From the NCBI GenBank assembly GCA_965204725.1, contig OZ242005.1:3168001-3232000 (forward strand): a stretch of DNA of 64,000 nucleotides, written 5' to 3'. Below the pieces are notes generated by a model that was not told the DNA's origin, searched no databases, and saw nothing but the letters and a program-made list of their open reading frames with translations. A program made the position numbers and the translations under genes. Each line of letters starts with the position of its first letter. The stretch's first letter is position 1. The stretch comes from Candidatus Latescibacterota bacterium. Lineage in GTDB: Bacteria > Latescibacterota > UBA2968 > UBA8231. Shown here piece after piece: positions 1 to 9,526 of this stretch.

Positions 1-972
1 GCGGCCGTAGAGGGCATCGATCTGCTCGCGCACCTCGGCGATGGCGTCGGCTGCAACGCGCACCGAATCCGTGCGCATGTACGTAATCAGACCCCGGGTT
101 TCGCCCTCGACCTCAATGCCTTCGTATAGCTGCTGAGCTACCGCCATGGTGCGCTTGACCGAAAAGCGCATCCGCCGAGCGCATTCTTGCTGCAAGGTGC
201 TGGTCGTGAAGGGGGGGACCGGCCGGCGCACTTGGTCGCGCTGCTTGACCTCTTTGACGGCTATATCCTGCGTGGCGAGCTCGGAGGCGATGCGATCGGC
301 CTCCTCCCGATTGCCGATGTCGAGCTTCTCGCCATCTTTGGCCAAAAGACGCGCCCAGAAAGCCCCTCGGCCCTCGCGGCCCAACAGAGCTTCGATTGAC
401 CAAGACTCCTCGGGAACAAACGCCTTAATCTCGCGGTCGCGGTCGCAGATTAGCCGCACGGCTACGGACTGCACTCGGCCGGCTGAAAGCCCGGAGTGTA
501 TGACCTTCCACAAGAGCGGACTGATCTCGTAGCCGACCAAGCGGTCCAGCACGCGCCGCGCTTGCTGGGCATTGACCTTGTGCAGATCGAGTACGCCCGA
601 ATGCTCCAGCGACTCGCGCACGGCTTTGGGGGTGATTTCGTTGAAGAGAATTCGCTTGACGCTGTCGTCCTTGCGAGCGATGGCCTGGGCCACGTGCCAA
701 GCAATGGCCTCGCCCTCGCGATCGGGGTCGGTGGCCAAGTAGGTCGTATCGGCGGCTTGGGCTGCTTTGCGGAGGCCGCTGAGGATCTTGCCCTTGCCCC
801 GAATCGTTACGTAGCGCGGCTTGAAGCCGTCTTTAATGTCGATGCCCAGCTCTTTCGGCGGCAGGTCTCGCACGTGCCCCATACAGGGCTTGACCACAAA
901 ATTTTTGCCCAAAATTTTGTTGATTGTCTTGGCTTTGGCCGGCGACTCGACAACCACCAATGACTTGCCCAT
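1..972 (-). CDS. topA: DNA topoisomerase I (5' part; runs off window start)
   Basis: Reverse strand from ATG at 972 reads MGKSLVVVESPAKAKTINKILG...GHVRDLP...LYEG...LITYMRTDS (Toprim and active-site Tyr motifs). Absent from the ORF track because it is open-ended. Confidence 0.95.
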   Translation of the reverse strand, partial: MGKSLVVVESPAKAKTINKILGKNFVVKPCMGHVRDLPPKELGIDIKDGFKPRYVTIRGKGKILSGLRKAAQAADTTYLATDPDREGEAIAWHVAQAIARKDDSVKRILFNEITPKAVRESLEHSGVLDLHKVNAQQARRVLDRLVGYEISPLLWKVIHSGLSAGRVQSVAVRLICDRDREIKAFVPEESWSIEALLGREGRGAFWARLLAKDGEKLDIGNREEADRIASELATQDIAVKEVKQRDQVRRPVPPFTTSTLQQECARRMRFSVKRTMAVAQQLYEGIEVEGETRGLITYMRTDSVRVAADAIAEVREQIDALYGR

Positions 973-1023
973 CTGCTCCCTCGGTTGATAGTAGTACTTA
1001 GCCGTAAGTTACGTAATTTTCTG

Positions 1024-1052
1024 AATATATAGACGCCCTAATACAACCGCAA
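1024..1052 (-). promoter_or_regulatory. putative sigma70 promoter for topA
   Basis: TTGCGG-N17-TATATT on the minus strand about 50 nt upstream of the topA start. Confidence 0.45.
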
Positions 1053-1133
1053 GACGCGCTCTTGACAAACCAACGCCATCGCCTTTTTGTACCGCATTTG
1101 GTATTACGCGCTGCATTCTCTGGGGTTTGCACC

Positions 1134-1889
1134 TTGATCCATCGCAAGAAATCAAGCGAAATAGAGCACATTGCCGCTAGCTGCCAAATCGTCTTTGCCG
1201 TCCAGCAAAAGCTCGAAGCACTCATCGCGCCCGGCGTCAGCACCCTCGAGTTGGACCAAGTCGCCGAGGCCGAAATCCGCTCCTTAGGGGGGGTGCCCGC
1301 CTTCAAGGGATACCACGGCTTTCCCTATTCGATTTGCGCTTCTGTAAACGCCGCAATCGTGCATGGGTTCCCCGACAAAACTCCGCTACAAGAGGGCGAC
1401 ATCGTCAGCATTGACGTGGGTGCCCGCCTCGACGGGTACTATGGCGACGGGGCCTTTACGGTCGCAGTCGGCGCGATCAGCGCACGGGCGCAGCACCTCA
1501 TCAAGAGCACCCTCGAATGCCTCGCACAGGGCATTGACCGAGCGCGACCCGGCGGACGTCTCTCCGATATTTCGCACGCCATCCAGCGCCACGCCGAAAG
1601 CCAAGGGCTAGCCGTAGTGCGCGAGTACGGAGGGCACGGTATTGGCCGCGAGCTGCACGAGTCGCCCTATATCGAAAACTATGGCTCGCCCGGCAAAGGC
1701 CCTCGGCTCAAGCCTGGGCACGTATTTTGTATCGAGCCGATTCTTTGTTTAGGCAACCCTCAAATCAACCATCTCGACGACTGGACCATCTTTACCTCCG
1801 ATCGCTCGCTCGCCGCCCATGCCGAACACACCGTGGCCATTGCTGAGGATGGGCCGCGAATTTTGACCCTGCCCGCTGTGCCGGCATGA
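1134..1889 (+). CDS. map: methionine aminopeptidase type I
   Basis: CASVNAAIVHG, GDIVSIDVG, GHGIGRELHE, FCIEP and AHAEHT motifs; likely TTG start at 1134 (ORF track starts at 1062). Confidence 0.95.
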   Translation: MIHRKKSSEIEHIAASCQIVFAVQQKLEALIAPGVSTLELDQVAEAEIRSLGGVPAFKGYHGFPYSICASVNAAIVHGFPDKTPLQEGDIVSIDVGARLDGYYGDGAFTVAVGAISARAQHLIKSTLECLAQGIDRARPGGRLSDISHAIQRHAESQGLAVVREYGGHGIGRELHESPYIENYGSPGKGPRLKPGHVFCIEPILCLGNPQINHLDDWTIFTSDRSLAAHAEHTVAIAEDGPRILTLPAVPA

Positions 1890-2644
1890 AGGTCACCTTC
1901 CTCGGCACCGGCACCTCTATCGGGGTGCCGCGCATCGGCTGCTACTGCCCGGTTTGCACCTCGGACGACCCCAAAAACAAGCGCTTGCGCTGCGCCTTAC
2001 ACCTAGCGTATCAAGGTCGGTCCATCCTCGTAGATGCCGGGCCGGATCTCAGAACCCAAGCCCTGCGCTATCGGATCGACCGCGTCGATTGCGTGTTGTT
2101 GACCCACGGCCATGCCGATCACCTGCACGGCCTCGACGACGTGCGCTCCTATTGCTTTGACCGCGACCAACCCCTGCCCTGCTACGCGGACCCGCTCACC
2201 ATTGCCCGCATCGAACGGGTCTTCGACTACGCCTTTGACAAAGACGCCCCCAGCGCGACGCCGCAGCTTGCCCTGCGTCCGATTGCCGGGCCGTTCACAG
2301 CCTGTGGGCTGGCCATTGAGCCGCTCACCATCTATCACGGCCGCGCCCCGGTCCTCGCCTTCCGCATCGGCGACTTCGCCTACGCCACGGACACGAACTG
2401 CATCCCGGCGGCGGCCATGGCGCGGCTACGCGGTCTAGAGGTGTTGGTCCTCGACGCACTGCGCCACCAAGAACATCCCACCCATTTCAACGTCGAGCAG
2501 GCGTTGGCCATCGCCGCCGAGCTCCGGCCGGCCCGCACGTACTTCACGCATATAGCCCACGACCTCGACCACCATCAGACCAATGCCGAACTGCCCCCGG
2601 GCGTCCAGCTCGCCTACGACGGATTGGTGCTGGAGCTAAAATAA
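1886..2644 (+). CDS. MBL-fold metallo-hydrolase (PhnP-like phosphodiesterase)
   Basis: FLGTGTS.GVP..GC.C..C, THGHADHLHGLDD, THIAH and AYDGL motifs. Confidence 0.9.
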   Translation: MKVTFLGTGTSIGVPRIGCYCPVCTSDDPKNKRLRCALHLAYQGRSILVDAGPDLRTQALRYRIDRVDCVLLTHGHADHLHGLDDVRSYCFDRDQPLPCYADPLTIARIERVFDYAFDKDAPSATPQLALRPIAGPFTACGLAIEPLTIYHGRAPVLAFRIGDFAYATDTNCIPAAAMARLRGLEVLVLDALRHQEHPTHFNVEQALAIAAELRPARTYFTHIAHDLDHHQTNAELPPGVQLAYDGLVLELK

Positions 2645-2645
2645 A

Positions 2646-2679
2646 CGAGGACGCCGCCGGTTTCCCGACGACGTCCTCG
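2646..2679. terminator. hairpin between convergent genes (probable bidirectional terminator)
   Basis: cgaggacg...cgtcctcg inverted repeat just after the MBL stop and downstream of nrdJ. Confidence 0.6.
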
Positions 2680-2711
2680 CCTCAAGCAAAAAGCACGATT
2701 CCGGCTTTAGC

Positions 2712-5066
2712 TCAACACTTGGACCACCCGCAGTGCTTGCACATCAGACAACTGCTCTCATAGGATACCGTCGCCCCACACTCTGGACAGGTTGTCAGCG
2801 TTTTCGGCCCGCTGCTCTCGACGGGACTAGGCCGCATGTTTTCGGGGACGCCAGCCTCGAGCTGCTTGCCTGCCTTCCGCTGCAAATAGCGCTCCATCGC
2901 CTTGCCAATGGCATCGGGCGTGGACAAGATCAACTCGCCGTTCTCCCACACCGGACTGGGGCCTGAAATGCCCTTCAACTCGCTGATAACCTCCTTGGGA
3001 TCAACCCCCGCACTCAGCACCAGCGAAATGAGCCGGCTGATGGCCTCAGACTGAGCGGCCGCGTTGCCGCCCGACTTGCCGATGGTACTGAAGACTTCGC
3101 ATATCCCGTACTCGTCCTCGTTGATCGTGACGTAGATTTTGCCCTCGCCGGTATTGATCCGCTCGGTGATGCCGGCCGTGACCGCCGGGCGGCGGCGGCG
3201 GTGGAGGAAGCCGTCCGGCCCCATGTAGTTGGGAATTTCCACAGCCGGAGCTTCCTGCTCGTCGGCTTCGGCTTGGCTGTCGGTTTGCAGGATGCCCTCG
3301 CGGCTGCCCTCGCGGTACACCGTCACGCCCTTGAGCCCCTCCTTATACGCGGTGATGTAGATGTCGGCGACCGTCTCTAGCGCGATGTCTTCGGGCAGGT
3401 TGATCGTCGAAGAAATGCTGCTGTCGGTGTACTTCTGGATCACGCCCTGCATCTTGACTCGGAAGTAGGGGTCAATCTCGTGGGCCGTCACGACGTAATC
3501 AGGCAGGTCCTCGTCGTCGCCAAAGACGCGCTGGACGAGCGGGTGATAGACCTTGTACTCGCGGAAACTCTCGCCGTCATCCTGCTTTACCCGGCGGGTA
3601 TAGCTGGTGCAGAAAATGGGCTCAATACCCGAACTCGTCTGCGCCACAATCGAACCGGTGCCCACCGGCGGCATGGTAATCAAGGTGGAGTTGCGCAGGC
3701 CGTGCGCGGCGATTTTCTCTTGTAGTGCTTGGGGTAGGCTCTGGATGAATTTGCTCTGCTGGACGCCCGCCCAGTCGAAAAGCGGAAAGGGGGCCTTCTC
3801 CCGGGCCAATTCGACGGACATTTCATAGGCATGGTCCCGGATGGTCGCCATGACCTTATCGACGATCGCCAAAGCCTCATCCGAATCGTACTTACTCTGC
3901 ATCAAGACCAGCGCATCGGCCATGCCCGTGAGGCCCAACCCCACCCGGCGGTCGGAGGCTACGGCTTCCCGAATTTTGGGCGAGGCGTGGTTGTCCATGT
4001 TGTAATCGATGACATTGTCCAAAAAGCGGGTCGCCACGCGAGCGGCCTGCCCCAACGCTTCGTAGTCGAACTCGCCATCGGCGCGGACGAAGTTGACCAA
4101 ATTGAGATTGCCTAGATTGCAGGCCGTGTACGACGCCAGCGGCTGTTCGCCGCAGGGATTGGTACTGGTGAGCGGATTGGCGTATTCGACGTTGTGGTAC
4201 TCGCGCATCGTGTCCCAAAAAATAATCCCCGGCTCGGCACTGGCGTGGGCATTGGCGATGATCTTGTCCCACAACTGGCGGGCCTTGACCGTGCGGAACA
4301 CTTTGCCATTCCAGCGCAAGTCAAAGTCCGAGTCCGCCAACACCGCCTGCATGAACTCGTGAGTAATGAGCACACTGATATTGGCGTACTGCACTTTGGT
4401 GCGGTTGGCGTCGTTTTTGATGGTGATAAAGTCTTCGATATCGGGATGATCAACCCGTAAGGTTAGCATCAGGGCACCGCGACGGCCGGCTTGGGAGACG
4501 GCATTGGTGCTCTCGGAGAGCAGGTTCATAAAGGCGGTGCAACCCGGCGAGGCATCCACCGTGGCGTTGACCGGGGCCCCTTGCGGCCTGAGGATCGATA
4601 AGTCCGTGCCGACGCCCCCGCCCGTGCGGTACACCATCGCCGATTCGCCTAGGCAGCGATAGATGCCTTCTAGGCTGTCCTCTTCAATGGGAATGACATA
4701 GCAGTTGGACAGCGTCGGCTTGCGTCGGGCCTCGTCCCGGCCCGCACCGTGCATGACGCGCCCGCCGGGGATGAACGTGAAATCCATCAACAGCGAGAAG
4801 AAGCGATCATACCAGTATTGGGAATCTTCCTCGACCGAGGCCATGGCCCGGGCGATGCGGTCCCAGATGTGTAGCGGCCCGGTCTCGCTGGGGGCTAGGT
4901 ATTTGTTGCGCAAAACGTCGATGGCGAGGTCGTTGTCGCCATAATAGGTTTCGGCATCAGCGGCCCGGGCCAACAGGGCGTCGTGGCCGTTGCGCTTGAG
5001 GCCGTGGCCTTCGAGTTGCGCCAACGTATCTTCAAAGCGGTGTGCGACTGCGCGTTCAGACTCCAT
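2712..5066 (-). CDS. nrdJ: class II (adenosylcobalamin-dependent) ribonucleotide reductase with C-terminal TSCPD-like domain and Zn ribbon
   Basis: LSNCYV, TNPCGEQPL, ACNLG, PVGTGS, SSGIEP, GVTVYREGSR, C-terminal CPECG...CKHCGWSKC; start MESER at 5066 with GGGAGG SD. Confidence 0.93.
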   Translation of the reverse strand: MESERAVAHRFEDTLAQLEGHGLKRNGHDALLARAADAETYYGDNDLAIDVLRNKYLAPSETGPLHIWDRIARAMASVEEDSQYWYDRFFSLLMDFTFIPGGRVMHGAGRDEARRKPTLSNCYVIPIEEDSLEGIYRCLGESAMVYRTGGGVGTDLSILRPQGAPVNATVDASPGCTAFMNLLSESTNAVSQAGRRGALMLTLRVDHPDIEDFITIKNDANRTKVQYANISVLITHEFMQAVLADSDFDLRWNGKVFRTVKARQLWDKIIANAHASAEPGIIFWDTMREYHNVEYANPLTSTNPCGEQPLASYTACNLGNLNLVNFVRADGEFDYEALGQAARVATRFLDNVIDYNMDNHASPKIREAVASDRRVGLGLTGMADALVLMQSKYDSDEALAIVDKVMATIRDHAYEMSVELAREKAPFPLFDWAGVQQSKFIQSLPQALQEKIAAHGLRNSTLITMPPVGTGSIVAQTSSGIEPIFCTSYTRRVKQDDGESFREYKVYHPLVQRVFGDDEDLPDYVVTAHEIDPYFRVKMQGVIQKYTDSSISSTINLPEDIALETVADIYITAYKEGLKGVTVYREGSREGILQTDSQAEADEQEAPAVEIPNYMGPDGFLHRRRRPAVTAGITERINTGEGKIYVTINEDEYGICEVFSTIGKSGGNAAAQSEAISRLISLVLSAGVDPKEVISELKGISGPSPVWENGELILSTPDAIGKAMERYLQRKAGKQLEAGVPENMRPSPVESSGPKTLTTCPECGATVSYESSCLMCKHCGWSKC

Positions 5067-5174
5067 TAATGCCCTCCCTTTGAAGCAAAAAAGGTCCATG
5101 GGCGAAAAAAATCGCCAAAAATTCGGGTGAACTGCTGTTGGGGTTCGGGGAGCGAGCAAAAGTACAGCCCTGAG

Positions 5175-5222
5175 ACACACTATCTCAGGGCCATACACTT
5201 AATCTGACACAAGATGTTGTGT
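5175..5222. promoter_or_regulatory. tandem NrdR boxes
   Basis: acacaagatgttgtgt (5207-5222) and acacactatctcaggg (5175-5190), 32 bp apart, resembling consensus acaCwAtATaTwGtgt. Confidence 0.8.
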
Positions 5223-5230
5223 TGCGGCTA

Positions 5231-5259
5231 AAGGTAGAAACTACGCGCATACTTGTCAA
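5231..5259 (-). promoter_or_regulatory. sigma70 promoter of nrdJ
   Basis: TTGACA-N17-TACCTT on the minus strand immediately upstream of the NrdR boxes. Confidence 0.7.
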
Positions 5260-5329
5260 GGTAAATTATCTGTCCAGAGCAATTTCTTTTTAATCGGGTT
5301 GCGATGCGCTTAGAACAACAGCACTGACC

Positions 5330-5782
5330 TCAATTATTGGCCAATTGCTCCAATTCACGCATGAAATCGCTCTTGTCTTTGAACTGGCGATAGACCGAGG
5401 CAAAACGCACATACGCCACGGCGTTGAGCTGGCGCAGATGCTCCATGACGCGCTCGCCGATCTGCTTGGAGGGAATTTCCTTCACGTTGAGGCTGCCTAC
5501 TTCGGCCTCGACCCGGTCGACGAGTTGCTCGATCACCTCAGCCGAAACGGTCGTCTTGCAGCAGGCTATCTGTATCTTGTCGAGCAGTTTGCTGCGGTCA
5601 AAAGGCTCTCGTCGGCCGTCGGCCTTGATAACGGATAGCGGCACACTTTCGACGTATTCATAGGTTGTGAAGCGCTTGGCACAGCTTATGCACTCGCGGC
5701 GGCGACGGATCGCCATGCCTTCGCGACACGACCGCGAATCCACCACCCGATCTTCTTCACAATTGCAATAAGGACACCGCAT
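5330..5782 (-). CDS. nrdR: transcriptional repressor NrdR
   Basis: MRCPYC...VVDSR...RRRRECISC.KRFTTYE, ATP-cone, VAYVRFASVY. Confidence 0.97.
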   Translation of the reverse strand: MRCPYCNCEEDRVVDSRSCREGMAIRRRRECISCAKRFTTYEYVESVPLSVIKADGRREPFDRSKLLDKIQIACCKTTVSAEVIEQLVDRVEAEVGSLNVKEIPSKQIGERVMEHLRQLNAVAYVRFASVYRQFKDKSDFMRELEQLANN

Positions 5783-5861
5783 GAGACGAATCCTCCATCA
5801 GTCTGTTCGGAGTACGGGGGATGGCGTTTGTATGAGGAGGAAAGGAAGGAAAGTACTACTA

Positions 5862-5890
5862 AATATAAGAAAAATAGGAGGATATGGCAA
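5862..5890 (-). promoter_or_regulatory. putative sigma70 promoter of nrdR
   Basis: TTGCCA-N17-TATATT on the minus strand. Confidence 0.5.
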
Positions 5891-5893
5891 CCG

Positions 5894-6550
5894 TCAGTTA
5901 AGCCTGAAGGTGAAGGGCAGGCTGACCCAGACCTTGACAGGCCGGTCGTTTTGCATGGCCGGCGTAAACTCCGACTGGAGAGCGGCGGCTTTAGCGACCG
6001 CGTGGAAAACCTTGGGACCCGTGATCTTGCCGATTTCCTCAACCTTGCCGTCTTTGCCGATGAGTGCCGTGACAAACACCTTGCCGGTGATGTTGGCTTT
6101 CTGGGCAGTAGCCGGATACTTGGGCTTTACTTTTTTCGTGATCACGGGCTTCTTCTCAACCCGCCACAACTCGACGATCTCCTCTTCCTCCTCCAACTCG
6201 ACCTCCTCAACCACCTCCTCCTCTAATGGCGGCGGCGGCGCCAGATCGTCGAGGTCGAGGTCGAGGTCGGTGTCCTCAATGGTCACGTCATCTGGGACAT
6301 CCGGGTCGTCGGTCGGCACGGGTACTACCGGTCGGGCGGGCGGTGGGGGCCGGCGTTCCTGCTTAGTCTCGGGAATTTCTTCGAGCTGAATGACAATCGG
6401 CTCTTCGGGTTTGGCGTAGGCTTCGGGCTCGAAGCTGGGGAAGAGAACAAAGATGGCCACATGCAAGAGGGTGGAAAGCCCCGTGCAAGTCCATAACGTC
6501 TTCCGGTACGTCAACCGCAAGTTGGCTTCAGGCTGTTTGCCGCGAATCAT
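5894..6550 (-). CDS. tonB: energy transducer TonB
   Basis: N-terminal TM helix with S..LH, Pro/acidic linker, C-terminal KYP...G.V.V...F.PA..N..PV. Confidence 0.9.
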   Translation of the reverse strand: MIRGKQPEANLRLTYRKTLWTCTGLSTLLHVAIFVLFPSFEPEAYAKPEEPIVIQLEEIPETKQERRPPPPARPVVPVPTDDPDVPDDVTIEDTDLDLDLDDLAPPPPLEEEVVEEVELEEEEEIVELWRVEKKPVITKKVKPKYPATAQKANITGKVFVTALIGKDGKVEEIGKITGPKVFHAVAKAAALQSEFTPAMQNDRPVKVWVSLPFTFRLN

Positions 6551-6960
6551 TCGTCCAACTCCCGTTTGGTGGAGAAGTTGACCCGCAACGCCTCGACCTT
6601 GCGCAACTCCTCCATGACATCGGAAATCACCCCGAACTCGGAGTCCTTATCGCCCCGCAACGAGATGATCAACCGAGGATTGGCCGTCAGGTACTTATGC
6701 ACCAGCGTACCCACTTCGGAAAGCGGTATGTTCCGGTCTTCAATGTTGACGACTCCCTCGCTATTGACCCAAACCTGCAATACGTTGCGGCGGCTTTCGA
6801 GCTTCTCGATTTTTTCGGCCTGTGGCAACTCCACCGGCACACCCCTATAGCGCACGAAAACCGTTGAGACCATAAAAAACACGAGGAGCAAAAAGGAGAT
6901 GTCGGCCATGGAGGCCGTGGGAATAACGCTAACGACTTTGGCTTTGCGTGCGAATTTCAT
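6547..6960 (-). CDS. exbD: biopolymer transporter ExbD
   Basis: TASMADISFLLLVFFMV motif; RGDK. Confidence 0.9.
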   Translation of the reverse strand: MKFARKAKVVSVIPTASMADISFLLLVFFMVSTVFVRYRGVPVELPQAEKIEKLESRRNVLQVWVNSEGVVNIEDRNIPLSEVGTLVHKYLTANPRLIISLRGDKDSEFGVISDVMEELRKVEALRVNFSTKRELDE

Positions 6961-6963
6961 CGG

Positions 6964-7377
6964 CTATTCTTCCGGGTTGGCAATCGAGATTTTGGTCGCC
7001 CCGGCCAGTTTGAACTCGTCTAGCACATCGACGAAGGTCCGATAGGTGGCCCCGCGCTCCGTCTTGAGCGAGACGATCAGATTCTCGTTTTCTCGCAAAC
7101 GCCCTTCAATGCGCCCCTTGAGTTCGGCAAACGACACTGGTGTTAGCTGGTCATTCTCAAAAAAGGCGATCTGGTCGCGGGCATTGATCCACACGTTGAG
7201 AATATTCTTTTCTCGTACTTCCTTGGTCTCGCCCACCGGCGGCAAGTGCAACGAAAGGCCCTTGTCTTGGTTCATGGTGGTCGTGACGAGGAAGAACACG
7301 ATTAGCAAAAAGGCAATATCCGCCATCGAAGCCGTGGGAATTTCCGGGGCAACCCGGCTCTGGCGCCTCCCGATCAC
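6964..7377 (-). CDS. exbD: biopolymer transporter ExbD
   Basis: TASMADIAFLLIVFFLV motif. Confidence 0.9.
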   Translation of the reverse strand: MIGRRQSRVAPEIPTASMADIAFLLIVFFLVTTTMNQDKGLSLHLPPVGETKEVREKNILNVWINARDQIAFFENDQLTPVSFAELKGRIEGRLRENENLIVSLKTERGATYRTFVDVLDEFKLAGATKISIANPEE

Positions 7378-7379
7378 GC

Positions 7380-7997
7380 CTAGGCTCCTCGGTGCTGGCG
7401 CTTGGCCAACAGGTCGATGAAGTTGGCCGTCTGCTCGGTCATGTCGGCGATGATCTTATCGATGCGATTGGCGCAGAAATTGTAGCAAAACTGGATCAGG
7501 ATGCCCACGATCAAACCCGCGGCCGTGGTGATTAGGGCCTCGGAAATACCACCCGCGACCATGGAAGGCTCAACATCGCCCGCTTCCTTGATCGCTTGAA
7601 AGGCATTGATCATACCGCTAACCGTGCCCAAAAAGCCTATCATCGGCGCCAAATTGGCCACCGTCGAGAGCCAGACCATGCCGCGCTCGAGAAAGGCCAT
7701 CTCTACCGCGCCGTTGTTGTCAATGGCTTTCTCGACGTGGTCAATGCCGCGCTCCAAGCGTTGGAGCCCAGCGTGGATAACTGAGGCAACCGGACCGCGC
7801 GTCTGCGAGCAAAGATCGGCCGCTGCGTCGGGGCCTCCGCTTTCGAGGGCCTCTTCGAGAGCCGTGAAGAAACTCGCCGCGTCAATCGACGACCGCCACA
7901 GATTGAATAGGCGCTCAATCGCTACGGCAACGCCGACGATAAGTAGCAAGAGCAGGGGATACATGGCCCATCCGCCGTCCTTAAAAAGCTCTACCAT
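7380..7997 (-). CDS. exbB: MotA/TolQ/ExbB proton channel
   Basis: APMIGFLGTVSGMI..F and AGGISEALITTAAGL. Confidence 0.92.
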   Translation of the reverse strand: MVELFKDGGWAMYPLLLLLIVGVAVAIERLFNLWRSSIDAASFFTALEEALESGGPDAAADLCSQTRGPVASVIHAGLQRLERGIDHVEKAIDNNGAVEMAFLERGMVWLSTVANLAPMIGFLGTVSGMINAFQAIKEAGDVEPSMVAGGISEALITTAAGLIVGILIQFCYNFCANRIDKIIADMTEQTANFIDLLAKRQHRGA

Positions 7998-8052
7998 TTT
8001 TTTTCCTCGCTATGAAGGTTAGCCCAGCCTAAGCAACAGACTGGGGCAATGC

Positions 8053-9201
8053 TTAGTTTTGCTCCGCTTGTGCGTCTTCGCCCCTGAAGAATTGCCGCTT
8101 GAGCTTTTCTTCCTCGGTCTCGGGCGGCCGGAGCTGCCAGATGCGCTGCTGGGCCACCTTCTCCCAGACTGGATCGGCTTTGGCTTTCTCAAAGGCGGCA
8201 ATGGCCCCTTCCTCGTCGCCCTCCCTCAGCAGATTGTCGCCCTTGAGCAGCAACAGGTGTGCATCCTCGGAATTTTCCTTCAGCCCTCGCTCCAACCACG
8301 CTTTTACCGCGGCGAACTCGCCACGGCCTTGGTGCCACTCCACGAGCTCAGCGATGCTCTCCAAATCCTTGGGATCGGCCTCGACCATGCCCTTGAGGCC
8401 CTCGACGTACATAGAGTCGTCGCCCTTTTCAGAGGCGATTGAGGCGATTCGGTTGTAATAGGAATAGGCGTTCTGCGAATCCACCTTCGTCAGTTCCAAC
8501 AGCGTGTCGTAAGCCCCTTTGACATCGCTGACCTCTAGCTTGAGTTCGACGATGCTTTCCAATTGGTCGGCATCGCCCATCCCGCCCTCAATTTGGCGTT
8601 TACGCCACGCAAGTGCCTGATCCGCCTGCCCTAGCGCTTGGTGCAACACCGCGAGTATTTCAAATAGCTCGGCATCTTTGCTACCGTCCGCGACCAACTG
8701 TTCATAGTGGGCGATAGCCTGCTCGTTGTGGCCCGCACGGCGATAGAGGTCGGCCAACTCGCGGCGGTGCTTGGCCGAGTCCGGCTTTTTGATCAACACG
8801 CGCTCCAAGCTCTGAGCGGCCGAATCGGGCGAGTCCATGGCTTTGTGTATCGAATAGAGAAGCAGGTTGGAATTCAGATGCAGCGAGTCGATGCTGACTG
8901 CTTGGAGCAGTGCGGTGCGTGCCTGAGGCAGTGCGATGTGGGCGCCGGTGGAATCCCTTTTTTCGTAATAGAGCTGACCCAAGAAGTAGGAAGCCTTCAA
9001 GTCTTGGGGACTGTATTGCAGCAGAGTCGTGTAATAGCCTATCGCCCTGTCGTACTCTTTGTTTTGGCGGGCTGTCTTGGCGTAGTATTTGTACTTGCGG
9101 ATTGAATCGGCGGTTGCAACTTCTTCCGCCTCGGCACTCTCGGCACTCAAAATCAAGGTGCAGAGCACGAGCACTAGGGTAAGCAGCAAATTACATTTCA
9201 C
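8053..9201 (-). CDS. exported tetratricopeptide repeat protein
   Basis: N-terminal signal peptide followed by repeated TPR-like helices (AIGYY..LL..SP.D..A.Y.LG). Confidence 0.8.
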   Translation of the reverse strand: MKCNLLLTLVLVLCTLILSAESAEAEEVATADSIRKYKYYAKTARQNKEYDRAIGYYTTLLQYSPQDLKASYFLGQLYYEKRDSTGAHIALPQARTALLQAVSIDSLHLNSNLLLYSIHKAMDSPDSAAQSLERVLIKKPDSAKHRRELADLYRRAGHNEQAIAHYEQLVADGSKDAELFEILAVLHQALGQADQALAWRKRQIEGGMGDADQLESIVELKLEVSDVKGAYDTLLELTKVDSQNAYSYYNRIASIASEKGDDSMYVEGLKGMVEADPKDLESIAELVEWHQGRGEFAAVKAWLERGLKENSEDAHLLLLKGDNLLREGDEEGAIAAFEKAKADPVWEKVAQQRIWQLRPPETEEEKLKRQFFRGEDAQAEQN

Positions 9202-9526
9202 GGTGAGAAATCCTCTATGTGGCTACGGTCTCCGAATCAGCCATTGCTTGCTATTGCTTGATGTAGCCTTCGCAGTGCTGTCAAGATATGGATTTACAGT
9301 TTGGGATGCAACTTCAAAGGCCACCTACACGCGAACTCCCATCATTATAGCGACACAGCAACTGCGTTACATTTTCGCCGATCGCCGCGCATCTGCAAAT
9401 TGACAACTATTTATTTTTAATGCACTTTATCCACTTTATAGCAATGGCAACGAGCGCGTTTATCCAAGCTACCGCCCCATTCACTTTGCCGTTATCAAGC
9501 GACGGGGCTATCTGAGAGGACGAGCT

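Noticed and set aside
113-963. Several short ORFs in the track
   Set aside because: Shadows of topA, which occupies the minus strand from 972 to the window edge
1062-1090. TTGACA upstream of map as a promoter
   Set aside because: No acceptable -10 hexamer at 16-18 bp spacing
2712-5066. Intein or intron in the ribonucleotide reductase
   Set aside because: Catalytic motifs are contiguous and the length is ordinary
5067-5198. N-terminal extension of NrdJ in the ORF track
   Set aside because: It overlaps an NrdR box, and a good SD precedes the ATG at 5066
9202-9526. Possible oriC or riboswitch in an AT-rich divergent spacer (ttatccact)
   Set aside because: Only one mismatched DnaA-like box and no recognisable riboswitch motifs; adequately explained as divergent promoters
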